DNA of 64,000 nt. Origin: Epiperipatus broadwayi (taxonomy: Eukaryota > Animalia > Onychophora). Under the pieces are notes generated by a model. The model was not told where the DNA came from, did not search any database, and saw only the letters and a program-made list of their open reading frames with translations. Numbering within the stretch: position 1 is the first letter of the stretch; each line of letters starts with the position of its first letter. Where the stretch lies: NCBI GenBank assembly GCA_028023455.1, contig JAQFVV010000004.1, positions 1,488,001 through 1,552,000 on the forward strand. The letters are read 5' to 3'. The translations under genes were made by a program, and so were the position numbers. Of the stretch, positions 38,511 to 50,450 are shown one piece after another.

Positions 38511-38725
38511 TTTCTAAGTAGAAGGCAATCAACCCTCAGCATATGCACTTTACTGTTATATTTAATCAACAATGTTTTTGTTGAATGTTAAAAAACTTTT
38601 GATCCAAGTCGCAAGATAGTCAATCATTGAAAAGATAAGAGTGGCCTTCTTATCTTTTGATTAATGTTGATTGAATATAACAGTACAGTGCATATGTGGA
38701 GGGTTGATTGCCTTCTATTTAGAAA
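38511..38725. repeat. Palindrome with a family E-like hairpin in its spacer
   Basis: Arms 38511-38570 / 38664-38725; spacer AAAAGATAAGA-GTGGCCT-TCTTATCTTTT. Confidence 0.8.
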
Positions 38726-39100
38726 AACATTTATGATAACTAGTAAAATGTAATTACTTTTTTTTTAAATTTAATTTGAAAAAGTTAAGAAAAAATCTTT
38801 TTTTATTGCAATAATTATTTTAATTTTTTTTAAAAAAAAATTAATCTGAAAACAGTTGTTAATTTTTAATATTAGGGAAAATAAATATTAGAATAACTTG
38901 TTAATTCTCTTTACTATAAAGGCATGTGCGTTTCTTTTTTCTAAGATCTGGAAAGCTTTTTTTTTTCTGAGTTTTTTACGGGGGGGGGGGGTATCTAATT
39001 TCCATATACCAGCTATTAAAAAAAAATTTTTTATTATAATAAAGTCATTTATAAAAAAAAAAATGCATATTTGTATATGTATATATAAAAGGCATGTGTA

Positions 39101-39448
39101 TCATCATCAACCATTATCAATCCACTGCAGGATGAAGGACTCTCCAAGTTCAGTCCATCTCCTATCTTTAGCTTTTCTTCTCCACATCGCCCCTGCACAC
39201 TTTCTTATTTCATCCATCCATCTCACATGTAGTCTCTTTCTGGGTCTTTTACAGTATCTTGTAATCCAGTTTAAGATTTCAATTGTCCATCTTTTATTAT
39301 CTCTTCTAGCAATAGGTCCAGCCCAACTCCACTTCAGTCTTTTAATTTTTTCAATGAGGTCAGTAACACCTGTTTGTTCTGTTAACCATATATTGCATTT
39401 TCGATCTTTTCTTGTTATTCCCAACATGCATCTCTCCATACTTCTTTG
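39101..39448 (-). mobile_element. RTE LINE 3' end
   Basis: MERCMLGITRKDRK..IKRLKWSWAGPIARRDNKRWT..RWMDEI..LGESFILQW, followed by a (TGA)n tail. Confidence 0.92.
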
Positions 39449-39590
39449 CTAAAGATATATTTTATCACATTATCAATTTATAATTTATATTTTTTATGTG
39501 TCATTTGATTAAATTAATAGTTCCAATTTTTCTGATAAATCATTATTCTTTCATATATCTGTAATTATATCTGTGTGCATGTATATAAAG

Positions 39591-39766
39591 TGTAATAATG
39601 CTCAAGGCTAAATAGATTTGTAAGTAATTATTAAAAGCCAGTCAACACTTAGAACAATCTCAATTGCAATAACAATCAACAATTTCAAACTGTTGTCAGG
39701 GTCCCCACCTTTTAACAATTAAAGATTAAAAGAAGGTTGCCTTGACAACAGTTTGAAATTGTTGAT
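39591..39766. repeat. Family D hairpin (other copies 44589-44745 tandem and 45490-45777)
   Basis: ATCAACAATTTCAAACTGTTGTCA.GG inverted about a variable centre; shared one-sided tail CTCAAGGCTAAAT. Confidence 0.8.
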
Positions 39767-39899
39767 GGCTAGTTTTTTATGATATATATATATTTAATCA
39801 GAATGAAAAGTAATGTTTATTATTATGTAATAAATGGAACATGAAAATAATATTACTGAGAGTGTGAAGTCAGCAATCTTGCTAGTATGTTTATAAATG

Positions 39900-40440
39900 G
39901 TGCCCTCTATGTTAAGATTAAATGTTAACCCATGGAAAACAAGCTCCTATAATATAATAAATCTTATATATTGAAAGAAAGTCTTAAAAAGGGTGAAGTT
40001 TACAAGATAATGAATACCATGTGTCAGCAAAATATTGTGATATAAAATGTGAAGTTGTGCAGGGCATATATTATGTAGCTGTCGATTATAGAGCTCAATT
40101 ATATAAGTATATTGAAATGTAACATTTTCTTAAAATCAATGTAAAATAACAGTTTACTCTGTAAGAATAAGTCAGATGAATAAATTTACATTGGATATAA
40201 TACAAATGTAAGTGGATTGCAACTTTTTAAACATCTGGTCAGAGGCTGATCATACCAAGAATTTCTGTGCAGTTGATTATAATAAATTGGATAATCTTCA
40301 TCCCATTTTTTGATAAAGTTATATTTGTCTTTCCAAATGAGGCCTGATGATAATTCCACTAATTTTTGGTGTGTCAATGTGCGGCTTATATAGGTAAAGA
40401 TACATATAATCATCATCTTGATCCAGAAACCCAAAAATTC
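39900..40440 (-). mobile_element. Possible second PLE RT remnant
   Basis: LYL.KPH.DTPKISG..RP and YYR...SMG motifs about 450 nt apart; very decayed. Confidence 0.25.
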
Positions 40441-41250
40441 CATTACAGTATATATATATGAAATAAATAATGGTGAAAAAAAGTGAGATCTAGGAAATGA
40501 TAATCTAACAGGAAAACTTAAGAAATAGACAGAAGAATATAATCAAATAATTAATTTAATTTAGTCAAATAATGATTTCTATAAAATTCTTATTGTAGCT
40601 AAATTTAATATATATTTAATTTATAAAAAATTACATTAATTAATATATGTTCATGTGTATGTGTATGTAGTCATTGTTTGAGCTAAAATCATACTTTATT
40701 ATATAACTTTTATTGTGAGTAATAAAAATACTAAATGCAAGCAAAATTGATGGCATTAGACACTTATAAATATATTCTAGTGAAGAATTTTATAATTTCT
40801 TAATGGAACTAAAAATTACAATCTGAACAAAAGAAAATGTAATTCAAATAATTAAAAAAGATATTGAAATCAAATATATTATGAATTCACTTAATAAGTT
40901 AATTGATGTATATTGTAATTCACAAATGTACAAAGTCATTTCTTTCTGTATTTGCTAATTAATATATAGACGGTAAGTTATAATTCTTGGAAATCCCAAG
41001 ATTCTTACTTAGTGTGGAATATTTACAATTAAAGATGAAATTTATTCCAAAAGGTATTTAAAGATGCTATTTAAGAAATTCTGATAAAATGTCCAATTAA
41101 ATTCTAATTAAATTCTGATTAAGATGTAATTTAGAGTAGAGATATAAAAAACTTGAAAATCAGAATTTAATGTCTACAGAAACACTTTCTACTGTCATAG
41201 GATGATGAACAAGTAAATTAAAATTTAAGATCTTTCCAAATAATAATTTA

Positions 41251-42276
41251 ACCACTAAACATCACATGATCACCATTTCCTATGCTTGTGCAAGCTATTA
41301 AAACAGTGATGAACTCTCCTTAAAGTAGTGCCACCCAATGCGAGCCTTAGTAATCAATGGATGTAAGAAGATTTATGTATAAAATGCCTATTTAGTGCCT
41401 ACTCATCCAATATTTTCAGATTAGTTTCTAGCTTGTGGTTTTTGTCAGTGAGGAGCCTTGAATACGAGAGCACTGCACCTAGATCTTATCTAAAGCAACT
41501 GTCTAGCAGACATCTTTTATCATTTTAGTTAAATATAAAGCTATAAATCCAAAATAGAAACACAATAATGTTTTCAATCCAAGCTCACTTGCTTTTATAG
41601 TCATGTAGATCTGAATCCAGTTCATTATCTATACATTTTAGTGTCTTTAGTTTTGTAATAACAATAGTTACCATCATCCCCTGGGTAATACTCTCAGACC
41701 CAATGCTCTTCACTGATGAAAGCTGTAAGCTAGAAACTTGTCTGGGGATATTGGATGAGTAAGCACTAGATATGGATTTTATGCACAAACTTTCTTGCAT
41801 CCATTGATTATTATGGTTTGCACTACTGTATAGAGAGTTTGTCACTATTTTAACAGCTTATATAAGCATAGAAAATGGTGACTATATGATGTTTAGTAGT
41901 TTAATACTATTCCTGATCATGGGATGGTGGTAATTATGGTTATTAAAGAACCAAAAACACCAAAATCTATAGATACTGAATTGGATTCATATTTGTATGG
42001 TTACACAAGTGAATAACTTGGATTGAAAACATTAGTGTCTTTATTTTGAATTCGTAGCTTTATAGTAAATTAAAAAGGTAAAAGATGGCATCCAGAAGGT
42101 TGTATGCAGTGCTCTCAGATCCAAGGCTCTTCACTAATGAAAAATGCAAGCTAGAAACTAGTCTATGGTTACTGAATGAGTAGGCACTAGATAGGGATTT
42201 TATGCACAAACCTTCTCACATCCATTGATTACTATGGCTTGCATTGGGTGGCACTACTGTATAGAGAGTTTGTCAC
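41251..42276. mobile_element. Compound family A locus with three HHR copies and 200 bp of upstream sequence
   Basis: Antisense 41251-41685 (HHR 41405-41463, decayed), sense 41686-41900, and a second sense copy 41921-42276 (HHR 42118-42176, core CTAATGA). Confidence 0.85.
41698..41756 (+). ncRNA. Type I hammerhead ribozyme, family A variant, core intact
   Basis: TCTTCA-CTGATGA-AAGC-TGTAA-GCTA-GAAA-CTTG-TC|TGGGGA-TA-TTGGAT; stem II AGC/GCT replaces GGC/GCC. Confidence 0.7.
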
Positions 42277-43611
42277 ACAATTATAGATATTTTAATGAAT
42301 GATTGATCCATACATCTCCAAAATATAACTGCCAAAATTAATAAAGTCTGTAGAAATTGTCAAAATAAAATAAATTATTATAAGAAAAAGATGTTAACAC
42401 TTCTTGAATATAGAAGTAAAGAATGATTTTGATAACTAGCATTCCTCTAAATGTTAATTGAAAATACTCTAGAAAATTGTTACTGATCTGCGGTATTTTT
42501 TAAAAAAAAAACTTTGAAAATCTCTGTACATGCAGCAAAAGAAGAAAGAACACTGTTATGGTTTTTCATCCAAAATTTAGTAAAGTTTAGGCATTCTCAA
42601 ATAAAGTGTCATTTTCTATATGCACATAAAATCCCACAGTAAACTGTAAGCTGCTTATTATTGCTACTGATCTTTTTGTTTAAGTAAAATATCAATTTCA
42701 CTCTAATATAAATACTATACTATCATAGGTCACATTTTATTCTGTACTTTTTTTGGTTGATCGGTATTGTGTTGGTAAAGAATATTTGGTAATGTAAAAG
42801 AGATTGAACAAGTGTATATAAGACTGTAATTCATATACTTAAAATTTATAAAAAAGATATATCAATGATTATTTGCTTAAATATTTTTTAATAAGCTTGA
42901 GATCATCCACATGAAATTGTGCTTATTTTCCGTATTTAAAGGTATTTAATACATTGGTGTAACTGTAATATTTCTCACCATTGCTACAGTAAATGATGAA
43001 TAAAGATAGATATAAGGTTAATGAAAAGATTGAGTTTAGTACAAATGAATTAACATTCATTGAAGCAAACTTTATTAGCACAAATAAATATGTAAAATTG
43101 AAAATAATAATTAATAATATAAATCTTATACATAATCCCAAAATTAAATAAATGAGTACAGATTAAACTATTAATATATTAATTCTCTTGAAAATATATA
43201 ATCTACTGTATATTTTGAGGCTAATCATAAACTTTCCTGTCCAAACACATGTCCTTTGAAAACAGAATAATAAAAATAAAGCTGAGATTTCATTGAGATT
43301 CATTCATACAATTTAACAAAGCATAAATTCAGAAAAAGAAAAGTTATAATATTACAATAAAACATTAGTTTTATTTTTTATTACTATAAGTGATGGAATA
43401 TGAAATTTTCTGGTCAGTTTCAAAATACATAGTGTTACAATATAACAAACAAACATTTTTTCAAAAGAATTTAAATACAGTTGTATTATTAGTCAAAATG
43501 ATTTTCAATAATATATATTGTTTATCATTCAACAATAGTAAGAAAACATCTTCGAATAATTTAAATACCATATGAATATATAATAATACTGATGTTATTT
43601 ATCTAGGCTCT

Positions 43612-44310
43612 CTCTAAATATTTCTATGTTTCAAGCAGCAATGCTTTGTGGGGAAAAAACCAACTAATTTCTTGCTAGAGATACATTTCTCTCAATCAAA
43701 TCTGATGTCATCAATAGGCTGAGAAATCAGTTATGATTTCAACATACATAGCCACTCAATCTCTATTAAATATGCGCACAAAGTCCAATAAGATCATAAG
43801 GCTTGAATGCAAACTGAGTTGTAATTTAACTAAAGCTTCTTTTGTAATGCTTTAATGCTATTAAATATCTGACAGAAATATATGTCTAGTAAGAAGATAG
43901 TTTATTTTTTCATCAAATGTTGCTTCTTGAAACATTGGAAAATATATATAGAGGGAATTGATAAATAATGTTAACAATATTATATATTTATGTAGTATTA
44001 ATTAATTACATATTTAAATACTTACTTAAAAACCATGGTTAGTTGAAAAAAGATTGTTTAAAGGCTCTTCTTCTTTAATAATATTTAGCTGGTACAAAGG
44101 TGGCTTTAATTAAATTGCCACTATATCATGCTTTAAGATCACGTTGAACTCTGTGAGTAAATTTAATAGACATTTGGTGACTTTTGCCGTCTCAATTGAT
44201 TTTCCAAGTTACTGATGACATCAAGTTTGATTGACAAAGACATATGACTAGTAACAAGTTGATTGATGTTTTTCAATTAGCAATGCTGCTTGAAACATCA
44301 GAGAATAATA
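43612..44310. repeat. Family I: two old inverted copies with HHR-like motifs
   Basis: 43612-43900 (-) is homologous to 44080-44310 (+). Motifs (C/T)TGATGA-CATCA..TGAT..G(A)AA..CATATG..C|TAG at 44205-44255 and 43671-43720; degenerate. Confidence 0.5.
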
Positions 44311-44340
44311 GAGGACATATATGTATTTATGGGTGTATGT

Positions 44341-44564
44341 GGAAATCTTGAATATGTGGAGTTATCCATTTAAATTAACTTAATTAGAAAGCACTTAATC
44401 TAGAACAACTGCCCCAGGTCAAGAGTTAAAGTAAACTGGCAGACTCCTTTTGGACATATTAGTCTGACAGTTTACTTTGACTCTTGGCCTGGGCAGTTGT
44501 TCTAGGTTAATTGCTTTCTAATTAAATTGATTTAAATGGATAACTCCATACATTTAAGATTTCC
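44341..44564. repeat. Palindrome H (no HHR seen)
   Basis: Arms 44341-44445 / 44461-44564 at roughly 90% identity, with a 15-nt loop. Confidence 0.9.
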
Positions 44565-44791
44565 ATTTAAACATTCACTAAAAATATTGTATTACAACAT
44601 ATATGTCATTAAAAACCAGTCAACAATTAGATAATCCCAATATTAATAACAATCAACAATTTCAAACTGTTGTCAAGGCAATATATATGCTCATTAAAAA
44701 CCAGTCAACACTTAGACAATCCCAGTATCAATAATAATCAATTTATAGTAGGATTTCCAAAGTTTTCATGTAATAAAATTATAATAGCTAA

Positions 44792-44836
44792 ATAGCTGAC
44801 ATTTCAGTCCAATAACAACTACTTTCCTCAGAGCAT
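44792..44836 (-). ncRNA. HHR downstream of PLE-2
   Basis: GATGCT-CTGAGGA-AAGT-(loop)-ACT-GAAA-TG-TC|AGC; GAAATGTC is plausibly CpG-decayed GAAACGTC. Confidence 0.6.
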
Positions 44837-44948
44837 CTTCTTTCTCAAATCATAAGAATGAGTGTGGTCAGATGTAAAATCGTTATTTTATCACCTTTCT
44901 TATTTTCTCCTCGTTTTCAAATTCTATTGGTTGAGAAGTTTTAAAAAA

Positions 44949-45320
44949 TACTTTATCCTCCAATAGCTTTTTCCAAATATTGTTAATTTTCTTTATTTCA
45001 CACTTTTCATTTATGCTCTTAGGCCTTTTAAAAAATGCTATACCTTCCCTTAGCAGTCTCTGGTTATATTGTTCAATTTTTGCCAGAATATGTTTTTATT
45101 AAAATTGATATCATGGTTAGTTAATTTAATGTGTGAATAAGTGGCTGGTGAATTAGATTTTTCTCTAACTGACAAAATGTGTTGTTCCTTTTTCTATGTT
45201 TATTCTATGATTGGTCTGTCCAATGTACAAATGTAAACAAATACCACATGGAATTTCAAATACACCATGATAATCAAAAGAAATTTTATCTTTAGGGTGT
45301 GGAAATACTTCATTAATTTT
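44949..45320 (-). mobile_element. Penelope-like GIY-YIG endonuclease fragment (PLE-2)
   Basis: FPHPKDKISFDYHGVFEIPCGICLHLYIGQTNHRI...ILAKIEQYNQRLLREGI..KRPKSINEK..IWKKLL; frameshifted. Confidence 0.88.
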
Positions 45321-46392
45321 TTTTAATGTAGTATAAATTGTGTGATATTATTTTTCTTTACAACATTACCAATTTTATCAGTTACTCCCTATATATATAG
45401 ATATGGCAGAACAATCTTAATTTTTGAAGTATCAATTTTTTTTTATAATTATATAAAAAAGCCTTAATCCTGTGATCAAAGCAATATTTATGAACCCATT
45501 TAGCCTTGAACATTATAGCACTTAATATATATATAAATAAGTATAATAATACTCAAGGCTAAATGGTTTTATAAGTAATCATTAAAAACATTCAATATTT
45601 AGCCAATTCCAATATTAATAACAATCAACAATTTCAAACAGTTGTCAGGCAACCTCCTTTTAACAATAAAGGTGGAATCCTATTATTGTTAAAAGGGTGT
45701 TGCCTTGACAACAGTTCGAAATTGTTGATTGTTATTGATATTTGGATTGTCTAAGTGTTGACTGGTTTTAATGATACATGTATGTCATAATTATTTTAAT
45801 GTTATCACCAGATATATAGAATAGTATATTTTAATTTTAAAATGTGTTGATAAACTATGAATTCATTGCTTTGATGCAGGCTTAGTTATTTTGTTTATTT
45901 AAAATTAACTTACGAGCTTTGATGCAGGCGTATATTATTTGTTTATTTAAGTACCTGTATACCACAATTAAACGATGTGGTATAAAAAGTACAGAATGCA
46001 TATGACTTGGGATTTAAATACAATTCAAATAGTTTTAAATTTCTTTTTTTCAGTTTGTTGAGAATTTCCTAAATTATTTAAAATAATTTGTCCGAATGAA
46101 TACTTAATATAAAACAAAGCATATTATCTTTTCTCATAACTAAAGATTTTATGTGGATATAGATTTGGAATCAATGGGTTCATCATTATCTTTATAGAAG
46201 TTGTATAAAATTATCAGACAGATTATATTGTATATTATTGTTGAATAAACTACATTCTGCTCTGCTTTCCAAATAGCAAACTCACAAGGTGATAAATTGT
46301 AAATAGTTGCATATATTTAAAAAAATATTTGAATTACTTTTAGCTTTAGAAAATCGCATTCTAGTTAATGGAAAGCAAAGTATATATATATT

Positions 46393-46595
46393 TAGTCAAA
46401 ATAAGAGTCATAGATCACATAACCCTATCTCTTAAGCTTGTAACCTACCCTGGCACCTTTCTGAGGAGTCCCAAAGCATGAAACCATGGTCAGGAGTTGG
46501 AGGGGGAGGAGTTCCTGACAGAGATATTTTAAGTGCTGGCTCTGGCTAAGCATTTATCACAAAGCTTGTTGAGGAATTGGCAATCCTCATTGTTT
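46393..46595 (+). mobile_element. Family C copy: inverted tail, HHR (46447-46500) and body
   Basis: 46393-46443 is the reverse complement of the family C tail. It is followed by CTGAGGA-GTCC-CAAA-GCAT-GAAA-CCATGG-TC|AGGAG. Confidence 0.85.
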
Positions 46596-47267
46596 ATATA
46601 TATATTTATTTTGGAAAGTACTTATTATGAAAGGATTCTACATACATTATTAAAAAAAAATTACTTCGACGTAGTTGCTCATTAAAAAAGACTCTTTAGA
46701 GGTAACAAAATATTTTCAGAACAGAATACTTATTATATACATACTTTATTTTAAAATCTTTTGCTAAACATGATCTAATTATTGCACATAATATATACAA
46801 AAGTTTATTTTTTAAAAATTTGCAGCAACTTACCTAAGTAAAAAATAATCAATAAAATTCCATAAAGAGATGGCAACATTTTTGCAAAGAGAATTATTTA
46901 TTAATGTAGAGAAAAATACTTTCCCAGCCGTTATTGTTAATAATTTACAAACTAAGACAAGTTGCCTTCTTGAATGAAATAAAGTTTAAAATGTGATTTA
47001 TTGTTAATTTTGACATTTGTTTATAAGATTGACAATTTTTAACTCGTATAACAAATTTTTTGTATGTATTAAAACAATATTTTGAGATATATTGAGCATA
47101 TCATTAAACTTAAATTGAAAATGTCTCAGGTATGTTAAAAAAAAATTGGTGTGTGTTTATCTTTAATATCGCAACAAATAAAAAATCCTTAATTTTTTTT
47201 AAATTAATAAAAAAAATTAGCATAGCACTTATAGAACATTGATATTATATTATCTAATAACATATAG

Positions 47268-47671
47268 GATATATGAGCACAGACTTTCACATGACCCACC
47301 ACTCACCACTCTATCTCATAACACTGATACACTTGAACACATATATGTTGAAAAGATAAATTGGATGGACGTTTGAAGAGTTGGAGTGTGGAGTGGATTG
47401 AAGGTTGTCCATTAAAGTATAAAGATTGGCTATCTTAATATATATCTGAGCACTTATTGCATATATGTGTAGAGACGACAATCTGGACCAAACGATGATT
47501 GCTGGTTTAGCATGAAATACGTATATTGGTGATTATTTATCTTTTCAACATATAAGTGTTGAAGTGTATCAGTGTTATGATATAGAGTGGTGGGTCATGT
47601 GAAAGTCTGTGCTCATATACCCTATATATTACATATATTGATACAGGTATATAATAAGCCTGTATTTCAGT
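47268..47671 (+). mobile_element. Family B hairpin insertion with a 20-bp TSD
   Basis: Inverted arm ~47268-47360, body with decayed HHR at 47480-47533, tail to 47671, TSD TATTATCTAATAACATATAG (47248-47267 / 47672-47691). Confidence 0.92.
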
Positions 47672-47965
47672 TATTATCTAATAACATATAGAGCAAATAG
47701 AAATCACCTTTTTCCCCTCCTCAAATATATTTGATAATATTAGTAGTAGTAATATTATATATGTATAACAACAGAAATAAGACTCATTTCAGACTGCCAT
47801 TATACTTTTATATATAATTTTTTTAGTAAAGTGATGTGATTTTAGATGAATAAGTAGATATATTTACAATTGGATTATCAAATAGTAATTTGCAGAGTAG
47901 TTTGAATTTGCATATGGTAGAGGTCTTAGAAAAACTATTGTTAAAAAATATTGGTACTAAAAAGG

Positions 47966-48175
47966 AACCTACCCTGGCACCTCTCTGAGGAGTGCCAAAG
48001 CACGAAACCATGGTCTGGAGGTTGGGGGGGGGGGGTTCCTGACAGAGATATTTTAAGTTCTGGCTCTGACTAAGCATTTATTACAAAGCTTGTTGAGGAA
48101 TTGGCAATCCTCATTGTTTATAACTTACAAGCTGAAGAGATAGGATCATATGATCTATGACTCTTATTTTGACTA
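47966..48175 (+). mobile_element. Family C sense copy with tail
   Basis: Starts AACCTACCCTGGCACC, as does 46442, and ends GATCTATGACTCTTATTTTGACTA. Confidence 0.88.
47970..48026 (+). ncRNA. Type I hammerhead ribozyme, family C, canonical core
   Basis: ACCC-TGGC-ACCTCT-CTGAGGA-GTGC-CAAA-GCAC-GAAA-CCATGG-TC|TGGAGGT-TGGG; predicted cleavage after 48015. The other copies give AGAGGT as the stem I partner. Confidence 0.85.
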
Positions 48176-48249
48176 TTTTTAATTCATTGTTTTTAAAAAA
48201 AAATTGTGATAGAATAATCTGAGTCATTTTGTTGGATATTTTGAAGAAT

Positions 48250-48830
48250 AATGATAATGGCATAAAAGAAAAAGGCTTTGAAAAATTTTAATTAATCAAA
48301 CATATTTGTGAAATTAAATAATCTTATTTCAGAAGACATAGAAAAAAAAGAGAACTGTAAGGTAGAGATGATGCCCATCTATTTTGTTTCATATTCATTT
48401 AAATGAATTTTCAATGAGTTTTGTTTTAACATGAATATGTTAGTATTGGAGATAAAGAAAGCTCATTATATTAGTTTTGCAGATCTAAAGAATGAGTTAG
48501 AAAATGTTAATGAAGTTTATTTAAATTTGTAGAAAGTTTAAGAATCAAATTAATATACCTAAGTTTAAAGAAATTTTGTAGATGGCAAAGTACAAAAGTG
48601 GCAGTTTGACAGAAATTTTTAGAACAGGGTAATGCTTTTAAATACTTAGAAAGTTGGAATCTCTGTTAATAATAACCAAATTACTAGAATAAAAATCATA
48701 ATAGCTAAGTAGGTTTGTAATGAGGGTAAGAGATTAATTTGTGGATTTTTAAAGTTGGAATTGCAAAATTAAAAAAAGGATGTTAAATATTTTGTTTAGA
48801 GTGCAATTTTGTATATAATGTAAAAATAAA
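48250..48830 (+). mobile_element. RTE-like LINE RT fragment, decayed
   Basis: RQGD/SPILF-like, ISFAD(L) and FKYL.S motifs, plus KKDVKYFV.S.ILY, in order. Confidence 0.5.
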
Positions 48831-49076
48831 ATTTATTCTTTTAAGTTAGTGGTTAGCAATTTCAAAGCTTCAATTTGAAATACAGTTGTTATGACTGAAA
48901 TAAACATTAGATTGTGTGATGTAATTTTCCATAGGAAAAGCATAGTAAAGTCTTATAAGTGTTAATGCCCAATCTGTTAATTTTTTGCAATTAAAAGAAG
49001 ATTCTTTTTATTACCTACTAAATCTTATATACAATAACAGATTCAGGCATCAGCAACCTATGAAAATGATTTGAAT

Positions 49077-49390
49077 AATCAAAATAAGAGTCATAGATCA
49101 CATGACCCTATACTCTTAAGCTTGTAAGTTATACGCAATGAGGATTTCCAATTCCTCAACAAGCTTTGTGATAAATGCTTAGCTGGAGAAAGCATTTAAA
49201 ATATCTCTGTCAGGACCCCCCCAAACCTCTGATCATGGTTTCGTGCTCTGACACTCCTCAGATGTGCCAGAGCACAAAACTATAGTTAGAGGTTTGGGGG
49301 GGGGGGGTCCTGACAGAGATATTTTAAATACTTTCTCTAGCTAAGCATTTATCATAAAACTTGTTGAGGAATTGGCAATCCTCATTGTTT
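49077..49390. mobile_element. Family C palindrome
   Basis: Antisense arm with tail 49077-49262 (HHR 49214-49262), sense arm 49263-49390, TSD ATGATTT(G/T)AAT (49066-49076 / 49391-49401). Confidence 0.9.
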
Positions 49391-50224
49391 ATGATTTTAA
49401 TTATATTTCTCACATTTCTTATATTATTTCATTTCTAGTGGCAGAGTCACTAAATACTCATTTTGAATAATCTTGAAAAAATTCAAATGAGTTTTTAATG
49501 ACTCTACCCTGGGAAATAAAATAATGGCAGAATCACATTATTATTGAAAATATATTAAAATGCAATTTCATTTTTACAACTTATTAATATCTAAATTTCT
49601 TATATACAACATCTAATGGCTAAAAGAAGAACAGTTTTTTTTGTTGATAAAAAGTAGCAATTTGGTCATAGACACCTGCAATACTTTATCATGTTATTAT
49701 ATGGAATATTATATCATATCTGGCATTTTTTCAATTACTGTATTGAATCATAAATTATTATTTGTCTACAATTGCAATTTTGGCATTGTTTTATTGCCAA
49801 AGGCAAACCTACTAAATAATCATTTTAAATAACTTTGGGAAATATCAAATAGTTAACAAATCTAAACAAATGATAACTTATGATCCTATAATTAAACCAA
49901 TACCACATATGATATAATTTTTCATAAGAATAATGTGTTAAAGTACTGCAGGTGTCTATGCCCAAGTTGTTAATTTTTACCAACAAAACCTTTTTTTTTA
50001 ACTATTCCAAAAACCAAAAATAGGATTATAAAGATCTCTGGTGATGACTGCAAGACAATCGAAACTTTAAGAGCAAAGTTTTGGTGTAAAAAATAGTATT
50101 GTTAAGTATATAAGAAAGTTGGAAATGGTATCATATACAAATATAGAAATCAATACATAAAGAAAGTAAAAAGAAGAAAATTGTATTACCTATTAAATGT
50201 TATATATAAGAAGAAATTTAGATA

Positions 50225-50450
50225 GAGGGAAAACTCTTCATACATTAGTGCTACTCAGTGCAAGGCAGAGTAATCAATGGATGCAGGAAGGTTTGTGTAT
50301 AAAATTCCTATCTAATGCCTACTCATCAACATCCCCAGTCTAGTTTCTAACTCGTGGTTCTGAGAGGTGTTATTATATGGAGAGTTTTGCCTCCATGTAA
50401 ATGGATTGTGTAAGCATAAATAATGATGCTTATGTGATGTTTAGTGGTTA
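50225..50450. mobile_element. Older family A asymmetric hairpin
   Basis: Antisense arm 50225-50358 ending inside HHR stem II, short sense arm, then tail ...ATGTGATGTTTAGTGG. Confidence 0.8.

Noticed and set aside
45700-45745. Family D as a hammerhead
   Set aside because: A TTGACAA..CGAAA core can be imagined through CpG decay, but no stem I complement exists; kept only as an open question.
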